DNA of 32,099 nucleotides from an uncultured Acidimicrobiia bacterium (GTDB lineage Bacteria > Actinomycetota > Acidimicrobiia > Spongiisociales > JAOTWH01): NCBI GenBank assembly GCA_964347285.1, contig CAYFYE010000015.1:1-32099 (forward strand). Reading direction: 5' to 3'. The notes below the pieces were generated by a model. That model was not told the DNA's origin, made no database searches, and was given only the letters and a program-made list of their open reading frames with translations. Below, piece after piece: positions 17,758 through 25,664 of the stretch (position 1 is its first letter; each line of letters begins with the position of its first letter). The position numbers and the translations under genes are program-made.

Positions 17758-19842
17758 TCAGCGCACCACCACGTCGAGGCCGCTCGGGATCTCGAGGAAT
17801 TGGGCCCGGTGACCCTCGGCTCGGACGGAGAGGCTCTTCTCCCCGATTCGTACGCCCTCGATGGTGAGCTCGATGCCCTCGGGGAGCTTGGGGGCTACCA
17901 CCACCTTGCCCTGAGGCACGTCGGGGTCGATGCCCAGCAGTTGCTCGGTGAGGTACACGGGTACCGCCGCCGCCCAAGCTTGCGGCGACGAGCTCGTCGG
18001 GTAGTGGACCGGATAGGGCACTTCGTCTCGACCGATGCCCGAGAACAGCTCGGGAAGCTGGTAGGAGAAGTGGGCGGCGGCAGCCAGCAGCCCTCCGGCC
18101 AGCCTGATGGCTTCCTTGCTGTGGTCGTAGCGCAGCAATCCGGCAATGCACAACATCGTGTCGTGGGGCCATACGCTGCCTCGGTGGTAAGAGACCGGGT
18201 GATACGACGGGTTGCGCCTCGACAGGGTGCGCACCCCCCAGCCCGACCACAGGTCGTCGTTCACCAGGGAAGCTGCTACGGCATCGGCCAGCTCGGGCCG
18301 CACCGCTCCTGCCCACAGCAAGTGCCCGGCATTGGAGGATGCGGTGTCGGCCGTTTGCCCGTCCCGGCCGAGCGCCATGGCAAAGGTCCCCAGATCCTCA
18401 CGCCAGAAGCGATCTTCGATGCGCTGCACCAGCTCGTCGGCCCGGGCAAGGAGTCCGGCCTCCCGGGATTCATCGCCCAGGTCGGCCTCGATACGGGCTG
18501 CCTCCCGCAGGGCGGCCACCGCATACCCCTGGACTTCGACCCCGGCAATCGGAGGGTCGAGGGGGAGCCCGTCGACGTCCACCATCGAATCGAAAGAGTC
18601 CTTCCAACTCTGGTTGACCAGGCGGGTCGGGTCTCCTTCGTAGGTGAGGAGCCCGTCGCGCAGTTCGAGTCTGCGCTCGATCCAGCCGGTTGCGGCCCGC
18701 AAGGCAGGAAGCAGCTCCGTCAGGCGCCTCGGCTCGCAGCCCCAGCGGTGGAGCCGTCCTACGAGCATGCACCACAAGGGAGTGCTGTCGACGGAGCCGT
18801 AATAGCGGCTTCCCTTCAAGACGGCCAGGCTGCGCTCCCCGAACCGAACCTCGTGGAGGATCTTGCCCGGCTCCTCGGAGATGCTTGGGTTGTCCTGGGT
18901 GCCCTGCATCTCGGCCAGCAGCTTTGCAGTTCCCAGGGCGGAGTCACGGTCGAGCATCATCGCCTCCAGCCCGGTGATGACGCTGTCGCGCCCGAACAGG
19001 GCTACGTACCAGGGAATGCCGGCGGCGAAGGCGCGGTGACCGTTCATGCGGAAGCCGAGCGCGGCGAGATCCTCGAGGCTGTGAGCCCACAGGTGCTCGA
19101 GAGCGTCGGCCGACGAGCGCAGCCGAGGAGGGCTCGGGACGATGCCGGGCAAGGGCTCCGGCTTGTGGCGATGAGTCCGGCACGACGCCTCGACCGGCAG
19201 ACGTTCGCCGTCGATGACCGGTATGACGTCGATGCACGATTTCCAGCGCCGGTTGTTCGGCACGTGGGCCGTGAGGATGATTCGATTGCCTTCGATCCGG
19301 GCCTTTCGGGAGGTCGTCAACTCTGTCGAGCGCTCGAACCCATTCTTCTGATAGCTGAAGACCAGGCGGTTGTCGGCACGCTGGGCCCGGACGTCCCGTT
19401 CCGGCGCAGGGCCGGCAAAGCGGACGTCGAACAGGTCGGCAAAGTCGGCCTGCACCTCGAGCTCGATGGCAACGGTGGTCTCGAATCCCGAGCGATTCTC
19501 CAAGATGACGTCCTCGTGAAGGGTCGAGCTCTGATAGCGGTGCCGGCGTAGCAACAGGCCCGGCTCGGTGTGGTCGCCCTGTTCCTCGGTCCGGCTGCGG
19601 AGGTAGAAGATCGCCTCACCGGGTTCCACGGAAGCGGCATCCACCACCTCGGGATCGATGCCATCGATCAGCAGACGTAGTCCCGAGAGGAAGCGAGTGT
19701 CATCGTGGAAGAACCCCTGCGGACCCGGTTCGGCGATGTTGCCACTGCGGCCGGACACGGTGAATGAGCGTCCGGAGATCGTGGCGATGCCACTCGGCGA
19801 CGGCAGCGGGACTCTGCCAATTGCGGCCCAATCTGACGGCAT
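17758..19842 (-). CDS. Amylo-alpha-1,6-glucosidase / glycogen debranching-like glycoside hydrolase (GDE N-terminal plus alpha/alpha barrel)
   Basis: GFFHDDTRFLS, ADFADLFDVR, AGIPWY.ALFGRDS, EEPGKILHE, YYGSVDSTPL, NQSWKDS, YHRGSVWPHD, LPELF, PQAW; ATG 19842 with GGAGGAG RBS. Confidence 0.92.
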   Translation of the reverse strand: MPSDWAAIGRVPLPSPSGIATISGRSFTVSGRSGNIAEPGPQGFFHDDTRFLSGLRLLIDGIDPEVVDAASVEPGEAIFYLRSRTEEQGDHTEPGLLLRRHRYQSSTLHEDVILENRSGFETTVAIELEVQADFADLFDVRFAGPAPERDVRAQRADNRLVFSYQKNGFERSTELTTSRKARIEGNRIILTAHVPNNRRWKSCIDVIPVIDGERLPVEASCRTHRHKPEPLPGIVPSPPRLRSSADALEHLWAHSLEDLAALGFRMNGHRAFAAGIPWYVALFGRDSVITGLEAMMLDRDSALGTAKLLAEMQGTQDNPSISEEPGKILHEVRFGERSLAVLKGSRYYGSVDSTPLWCMLVGRLHRWGCEPRRLTELLPALRAATGWIERRLELRDGLLTYEGDPTRLVNQSWKDSFDSMVDVDGLPLDPPIAGVEVQGYAVAALREAARIEADLGDESREAGLLARADELVQRIEDRFWREDLGTFAMALGRDGQTADTASSNAGHLLWAGAVRPELADAVAASLVNDDLWSGWGVRTLSRRNPSYHPVSYHRGSVWPHDTMLCIAGLLRYDHSKEAIRLAGGLLAAAAHFSYQLPELFSGIGRDEVPYPVHYPTSSSPQAWAAAVPVYLTEQLLGIDPDVPQGKVVVAPKLPEGIELTIEGVRIGEKSLSVRAEGHRAQFLEIPSGLDVVVR

Positions 19843-19919
19843 CGGCACGCTCCTCCGGCGGTGTGGGACACTCATGGTACGAGCGAGGAACGCCCGTTCA
19901 ACGACCCTCGGGCAGTCGA

Positions 19920-20984
19920 TTACGAGTGGTCTTCGAGCACGCGCCGATAGGCCTGCTCGTAAGCGACCACCATTCTCTCCGACGAGAAGTGCTGCTCGAC
20001 CCGGCTTCGGCAGGCAGCCGGATCGATGTCGCCGACCTGCTCCACGGCGGCGCACAAGGCCCCGACATCATCTGGCGGCACGACGTATCCGGTAACGCCG
20101 TCTTCGATGATCTCGGGGGCCGCCCCTCGGGCGAAAGCGATGGCCGGGGTGCCGCACGCGTTGGCCTCTGCCATCACCAGCCCGAAGGGCTCCGACCACT
20201 GCAGGGGCAGCAGCACCGCGGCGGCGTGGCTCATCAGGTCGACTTTCTGTTTGTGGCGCACATCGGTGTACACCTCGACATCGTTCTGCCCCAGCAACGG
20301 GGCCAACACCTGGTCCCAGTAGTCGTGCTCGGCCTGCTCGTTCACCTTGATGGCCAGGATCAACTTGCGGCCCAGCTTCCTGGCCACCTCGATGGCCACT
20401 TCCGGGCCCTTGTCGTGGTGGGCTCGGCCCACGAACAGCAGATAATCCTCTTTTCGCTCCTGATAGGGATACAGATCGATGGGCACTCCGTTGTGGACGA
20501 CGGCCGTGATGGGAATGCCGGTGGGAGTCGACCGTGCCTGATCGTGGCTTATTGCCACCAGGTGCACCGGAGGTGCCACCTTTCTCGCCCACCACTCCAG
20601 CCAGAGATCCCAGGGCCGGTGCAAGGTATGCACGACCGGCGGCCCGTCGGCCACCGCAGCCAGCACCGGGCCCACGGCTGCCGTGTGGTCGTGGATGAGG
20701 TCGTAGGAATGACGGTCCAGGTAGCCGGTGAGGGCGTGAATGGCTTCGATCCGCGCATCGCCGAGCATAGGGAATGGAGGTGCATCGAAGACGGTCTGCA
20801 GGCGGGCGTTCGTCCGGGATCCCCCAGACGCGAGCAGCGTCACCTCATGGCCGGCATCGCTGAGGCCGTCGGCCAGGGCGGCCACGATCCACTCGATGCC
20901 TCCGTAACCGACCGGTGGCACCTCCACCCAGGGTGGAGCCAATTGCAGGATCTTCAACGTACCCCTCGCGCCCTCCTGGGCCAT
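19920..20984 (-). CDS. Glycosyltransferase family 4
   Basis: APPWVEVPPVGYGGIE, HDH, VHNGV, FVGR..DKG, WSEPFGLVMAEANACGTP. Confidence 0.93.
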   Translation of the reverse strand: MAQEGARGTLKILQLAPPWVEVPPVGYGGIEWIVAALADGLSDAGHEVTLLASGGSRTNARLQTVFDAPPFPMLGDARIEAIHALTGYLDRHSYDLIHDHTAAVGPVLAAVADGPPVVHTLHRPWDLWLEWWARKVAPPVHLVAISHDQARSTPTGIPITAVVHNGVPIDLYPYQERKEDYLLFVGRAHHDKGPEVAIEVARKLGRKLILAIKVNEQAEHDYWDQVLAPLLGQNDVEVYTDVRHKQKVDLMSHAAAVLLPLQWSEPFGLVMAEANACGTPAIAFARGAAPEIIEDGVTGYVVPPDDVGALCAAVEQVGDIDPAACRSRVEQHFSSERMVVAYEQAYRRVLEDHS

Positions 20985-21088
20985 ACAAGCAGTCCCGGGC
21001 CGGGGATGTCCAGCCGGTCGGCCCGGTTGGGGCGCTACGGTAACTCAGGTCTTGGCCGGGAAGCGGCGAGCTTCCCGGTCCTGAGCTC

Positions 21089-21162
21089 GGGTCGGTAGCT
21101 CAATCAGGCAGAGCAGCGGGCTTTTAACCCGAAGGTTGTGGGTTCGATTCCCACCCGACCCA
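21089..21162 (+). tRNA. tRNA-Lys (anticodon UUU)
   Basis: Cloverleaf: acceptor GGGTCGG/CCGACCC, D arm GCTC/GAGC, anticodon loop CTTTTAA, T arm GTGGG-TTCGATT-CCCAC, discriminator A, followed by CCT rather than CCA. Confidence 0.96.
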
Positions 21163-21523
21163 CCTCGTTCATCGGCTCTTCGCTGAAGCAGGCGGACCAG
21201 GGCTCACACGCCATCCACGTTCACCGGCGATCGTCGGCCTCGCCCTTCGGGCGAGGGTCGGCTCCTTCTCAGCCTATCCGGGCTGAACGTCGCCTCCTTG
21301 GTTGCCGCCCGTCCCGGCGGCACCTTTTCGTACATCGCCCGTCCGGGTCCCTGGACCGGGGCGGCTCGCTCGCGGTGCGGAGTCGGTGATCGCTCCCGCG
21401 CCGCCGCGAGTGTCTCACCGGACCGTGTTCATTGGCCTCTCGCCGCAACTCACTTCTCAACAAACTCGAAACTCGACGACCAGACCCTTACCGCAGGGGA
21501 CGATCGGTCGTAGCCTGTTTCCC

Positions 21524-23086
21524 TTGGACCAAGACGGCTCTCTCACGAACACGCGATCCGGCGGCCGGCGGGGTGCCGTGGCCGGGCTGCTGGCCGCACT
21601 GGTGGCGCTGGCGGTCGGGGAGCTCGTAGCGGGCCTGCTCGGCCAGGAGTCCGGGCTGGTGGTGGCGGTGGGCGGGGGAGTGATCGATCTGGTGCCGCCG
21701 TCGGTCGAGGACTTCGCCATCAGTGTGTTCGGGACCGCCGACAAGCCGGCTCTAGTCGTCGGCATCGTCGTGCTGGCCCTTCTCTTCGGGGCATTTCTCG
21801 GCTGGGTGTCGGTCCGCCGCTTCTGGCTCGGCGCCGCCGGCTTCCTCGCCTTTGCCTTCCTCGGCGTCGTGGCCGTCTTCAACGATCCGCAGCTGTCGAC
21901 CGCCTTCGCCTGGATAGGACCGGGAGCGGCAGCCGGGGCCGGAGTGGCGACGCTGGCAGCCTTGTTGCGGCCACGGCGAGTGAGGGTGGGTGAGGCGGAA
22001 GCCGGGCCTCCTTCGGTCGACCGCCGGGCGTTTCTCGTGGGGGCCGGCTTTGCCCTCGGGGCGGCCGCTCTGTCGGTTGCGGCCGGCCGCTTCCTCGTCG
22101 ATCGGGCCCGACGGGTGGTGGCGCGCAGTCGTTCCGAGGTGGTGCTGCCCGGTTCCGTGGAGCCGGTTGCGTCTCCGCCCCCGGCCGCCGCTCTCGACGT
22201 CCCAGGGATTTCACCGGTGGTGACTCCCAACGGCGAGTTCTATCGCATCGACACGGCGCTGACGGTGCCCATGGTCGAGCTGGAAACCTGGCGGCTGCGG
22301 GTGACTGGGATGGTGGACAGACCGTACGAACTGGACTTCGGGGACCTGCTGGACATGGACATGGTGGAGCGCTACGTGACGTTGGCCTGTGTCTCCAATG
22401 AGGTGGGGGGCGACCTGATTTCCAACGCCCTCTGGCTCGGTGTGCCGCTGGAGCGCATCCTGGAACGGGCCGACGTGTCGCCGGAGGCCACCCAGATCGT
22501 GGGACGCTCGGTGGACGACTTCACCGTCGGATTCCCCACCCGGGTGGCGCTCGACGGTCGTGTGGCTCTGGTGGCGGTGGGCATGAACGGTGAGCCCTTG
22601 CCCTTTGAGCACGGCTTTCCGGCTCGGCTGGTGGTAGCCGGCCTGTACGGATACGTCTCGGCCACCAAATGGCTTTCCGAGATCGAGCTGACGACCCTCG
22701 AAGCCTTCGACGCTTACTGGGTGCCGCGCGGCTGGGCCAAGGAGGCGCCCATCAAGACTCAATCGCGCATCGACGTTCCTCGCAAAAGAGCCCGACTCGA
22801 TGCCGGGTTGAATCCGATCGCCGGGGTGGCCTGGGCGCCGAACCGGGGCATCGCAGGGGTCGAGGTGTCCGTCGACGACGGCCCGTGGCAGGTCGCCCAG
22901 ATCTCCGAGCCCCTGTCGGACGACAGCTGGGTGCAGTGGTCATACGGCTGGGACGCCCGGCCCGGGGACCACGTGGTTCGGGTGCGGGCCATCGACGGCA
23001 GCGGAGAAGTCCAGATCGCCGCCGAGCAGCCGCCCCGGCCCGACGGCGCCACCGGATACCACACCATTGAGGTCCGGGTGGCCTGA
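21524..23086 (+). CDS. Membrane-anchored molybdopterin-dependent oxidoreductase (sulfite oxidase / MsrP-YedY family)
   Basis: N-terminal TM helices (FGTADK), internal DRRAFL, FYRIDTA, LACVSN (Mo-ligand Cys), MNGEPLPFEHGFPARL, GYVSATKWL, IKTQSRID. Start uncertain (TTG 21524 or GTG ~21578). Confidence 0.92.
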   Translation: MDQDGSLTNTRSGGRRGAVAGLLAALVALAVGELVAGLLGQESGLVVAVGGGVIDLVPPSVEDFAISVFGTADKPALVVGIVVLALLFGAFLGWVSVRRFWLGAAGFLAFAFLGVVAVFNDPQLSTAFAWIGPGAAAGAGVATLAALLRPRRVRVGEAEAGPPSVDRRAFLVGAGFALGAAALSVAAGRFLVDRARRVVARSRSEVVLPGSVEPVASPPPAAALDVPGISPVVTPNGEFYRIDTALTVPMVELETWRLRVTGMVDRPYELDFGDLLDMDMVERYVTLACVSNEVGGDLISNALWLGVPLERILERADVSPEATQIVGRSVDDFTVGFPTRVALDGRVALVAVGMNGEPLPFEHGFPARLVVAGLYGYVSATKWLSEIELTTLEAFDAYWVPRGWAKEAPIKTQSRIDVPRKRARLDAGLNPIAGVAWAPNRGIAGVEVSVDDGPWQVAQISEPLSDDSWVQWSYGWDARPGDHVVRVRAIDGSGEVQIAAEQPPRPDGATGYHTIEVRVA

Positions 23087-23187
23087 ATCCAAGTCTGATC
23101 AACGAAGGGGAAACCGCTCTCGTCCGGTCACGAATAGAGTCTTGTGCGGAGAGCCGGACCGCCTGGTCGAAGGAGGCAGTTTCGCCG

Positions 23188-23328
23188 ATGGCCACACGAT
23201 CTGTGTTCCGCCGGCTAGAGCGTTACGTCCTCGGCAAAGTCATGGGGCTGATTGCCTGGATCATCGAGCTGCGGGTGGTCAAAGCCATCAAGCGTGGCGA
23301 GAAGTCCACGCCTCAGGCTCCCCGCTAG
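23188..23328 (+). CDS. Small hypothetical protein (46 aa), not in ORF track
   Basis: AAGGAGG RBS, then ATG...TAG encoding MATRSVFRRLERYVLGKVMGLIAWIIELRVVKAIKRGEKSTPQAPR; TAGAGT -10-like box near 23135. Confidence 0.65.
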   Translation: MATRSVFRRLERYVLGKVMGLIAWIIELRVVKAIKRGEKSTPQAPR

Positions 23329-25453
23329 ACCCGGAAGGGTGCTCGGGTCGGTGGGGCCTTCGGATCAGGTTCACCAAGAGGGCTCCCACGAGCAGGCCTC
23401 CCACCACACCCAGCAGTATCGGTACCCACGTGGCCACCTGCTCGGATGCGGCCGTGATGGCGGCACCCAGCAAAATGGCTCCGGCGGTGACTCCGAGCGC
23501 CAGCCTCTGGGCGGCGTGATGCACCGCCGCCTCGAATTGAGCGGCTCGGAAGTTGACCTGGAGTTTGGGGCCGGGCCGGGCTCCCGCCAGACGCTCGAGG
23601 GCCTCCAGCATCCTGGTGAGCCTGATCCTCACCTTCTGGCTCTCGTAGAAGAGCTTCCTCGGGTCGACCTTGCCTCGGATGCTCTGCGTCATGGTCCGCA
23701 TGATGAAGCTTCCGGCGACATCGAACGGATCCAGGTCTGGGTCGAGTTCGGCAGTAGCCAGCTGCATTTGGGCCATCGCCTTGCCGGTGAGGGTGAGGGA
23801 GGCGGGCAGCGGCACGTCGTGGCGGATGGAGATCTCCGTCATCTCTTGCAGGATGGGTCCGAGCTGGAGCTCCTTCAGCGGCACGTTGCGATTCTTGGCC
23901 ATGAGGTTGCCGAGCTCCTTGGTGAAGTTGGGAACGTCGAGATCGGGCCGGTCCTCATCACCGGAGAGCATCAGCGATACGTCGGTGAGGAAGGAGACGT
24001 CGTCCTGCCAGAAGGACAGAAGCAGCATCATGAGGTGCTCACGCAGGCCCGGGCCCAGCTCGCCGACCATCCCGAAATCGAGGAAGTAGATCTTGTCGTT
24101 CCACCACATCAGGTTTCCCGGATGGGGATCGGCGTGGAAGAAACCGTCGACGAGGATCTGCCGGTAGTAGGACTCGAGCAGCTGTCGGGCGGCCTCCTTG
24201 CGGACGGGACCCTCGGGCGCGTCGTGTATCGAGATTCCCTGGATCTCCTCCATCACGAGTAGCCGAGACGTCGAGTAGCCGCGGTGCACCGCGGGTACGT
24301 CGAGCCGGTCGTAAGGAGACAGGACCTCGCCCATTCGCTCGATGTTGGTGGCCTCTCGGCGGAAGTCGAGCTCGCGCTGGAGCGACTCAGACAGGTGCTG
24401 GAAGACCGCCGGTACGTCGATCACCTGCCGGAGGGCCGGTCGATGTTGGGTCTTTTCGGCAAAGAGCTCGAGCAGGGCCAGGTCCTGCATGATGTCCTCA
24501 CGGGCGGTGGGGCGCTGCGCCTTCACGACTACCCGGCTGCCGTCGGCCAGCGTGGCCCGGTGCACCTGGGCGATGGTTCCGGCGGCCATGGGCTCCGGTT
24601 CGATCGTGTCGAATACGTCTTCCCAGGGCACCTGGAGCTCCTGCTCCATGACTTCGACCACTTCGGCTTCGGATAGGGGAGGGACGTCGTCCTGCAGGGT
24701 GGACAGCTCGTCGATCAATTCCGGGGGCAACAGGTCGGGCCGAGTGGACAGCACCTGACCGAGCTTGGCGTACACCGGTCCCAGCTCCTCGAGGGCGCTG
24801 CGCAGGTTTCGAGCTTGTTCGCGCCGAGCCGACTCGGAGGTATCGCGTCGACCGAATAGCTCCTTGAGGCCGTGCTTGGCCATCACCGTTCCCAAGCGGG
24901 TTGCCCGACCCATCAAGTGCGGCTCGACCTCGGGGGCGTCGGCCCCCTTTCGAATCGGGGCGGCCGACAACGCCGGGGCCGACGAACCATCGCCGTCCAG
25001 CGTCGTGTTGACGATGATGACCGTGCAGCGGGCGTTGTGGGAAATGCGGTTGGGCACGTTGCCGAGGAGAAACTCCTTGCGGCCGGCCATTCCCACGTTG
25101 CCGACCACGAGGGTGTCGACGTCGGCTTCCTCGGCTAGCTGCAAGATGGCGCCGGCCGGATCTTCGTCGACCACCACGTGGGCTTGCCCTCTGGAGCCGG
25201 CGAGCTCGGTGGCAAATTCGCTGAGCTGGGTGGCGGCATACCTGGCCTGGGTGGCCTCGACCGTTCCCGCCTCGGTATCGGGTGGGTTCTCCGGAATGAT
25301 CACTTGAGCCAGGAGCAGCTCGGCGTCGTATTGATTGGCCAGGGCGGCGGCCCAGCGGACCGCGTTGTCGGCGGTGTGGGAGCGGTCGGTGCCGACCAGG
25401 ACCCGGCTGACCGGGGCGGTGCCCCCTCCGGCGTCGGGGCCCGTGTTACCCAT
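23288..25453 (-). CDS. Universal stress protein domain fused to ABC1/UbiB/AarF atypical kinase
   Basis: N-terminal VLVGTDRS..A...DTLVVGNVGMAGRKEFLLGNVPNRISHNARCTVIIV; then ELGPVYAKLGQVLSTRPDLLP, AAGTIAQVHRA, VVVKAQRP, ELDF, FHADPHPGN, LDFG; two C-terminal TM helices. Confidence 0.92.
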   Translation of the reverse strand: MGNTGPDAGGGTAPVSRVLVGTDRSHTADNAVRWAAALANQYDAELLLAQVIIPENPPDTEAGTVEATQARYAATQLSEFATELAGSRGQAHVVVDEDPAGAILQLAEEADVDTLVVGNVGMAGRKEFLLGNVPNRISHNARCTVIIVNTTLDGDGSSAPALSAAPIRKGADAPEVEPHLMGRATRLGTVMAKHGLKELFGRRDTSESARREQARNLRSALEELGPVYAKLGQVLSTRPDLLPPELIDELSTLQDDVPPLSEAEVVEVMEQELQVPWEDVFDTIEPEPMAAGTIAQVHRATLADGSRVVVKAQRPTAREDIMQDLALLELFAEKTQHRPALRQVIDVPAVFQHLSESLQRELDFRREATNIERMGEVLSPYDRLDVPAVHRGYSTSRLLVMEEIQGISIHDAPEGPVRKEAARQLLESYYRQILVDGFFHADPHPGNLMWWNDKIYFLDFGMVGELGPGLREHLMMLLLSFWQDDVSFLTDVSLMLSGDEDRPDLDVPNFTKELGNLMAKNRNVPLKELQLGPILQEMTEISIRHDVPLPASLTLTGKAMAQMQLATAELDPDLDPFDVAGSFIMRTMTQSIRGKVDPRKLFYESQKVRIRLTRMLEALERLAGARPGPKLQVNFRAAQFEAAVHHAAQRLALGVTAGAILLGAAITAASEQVATWVPILLGVVGGLLVGALLVNLIRRPHRPEHPSGSSGEPEAWTSRHA

Positions 25454-25545
25454 GCCCAAGAACCCTTTGCAGCTCCGTCCCAGGCTACTCCGGGTTGCCC
25501 GGGACCAGAACGGGCCGGTGGCCGCACCAGCCCGCCGTCGCGGAC

Positions 25546-25574
25546 CTCAAGGCCCCCACGAAGCCGACCGATTA
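25546..25574 (+). promoter_or_regulatory. Possible sigma28/WhiG-type promoter
   Basis: CTCAAG-N15-ACCGATTA about 90 bp upstream of the HEAT/HD-GYP pair. Confidence 0.35.
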
Positions 25575-25664
25575 CCAGGAAAGGTTCGAACCAGTGGGGA
25601 ATCATGCCCAAGCTGCAGCGCGTGATCAGACGAACCCCGATGTGCGGCGGGGACTGCTGCGCTG

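Noticed and set aside
675..21162. Functional link between RtcB and tRNA-Lys(UUU), the target of PrrC-type anticodon nucleases
   Set aside because: They are 19 kb apart with unrelated genes between them and no nuclease or toxin gene is present; probably coincidence.
21165..21523. Moco riboswitch upstream of the Mo-dependent oxidoreductase
   Set aside because: I could not match the conserved Moco-motif elements by eye; the region is kept only as an unassigned structured candidate.
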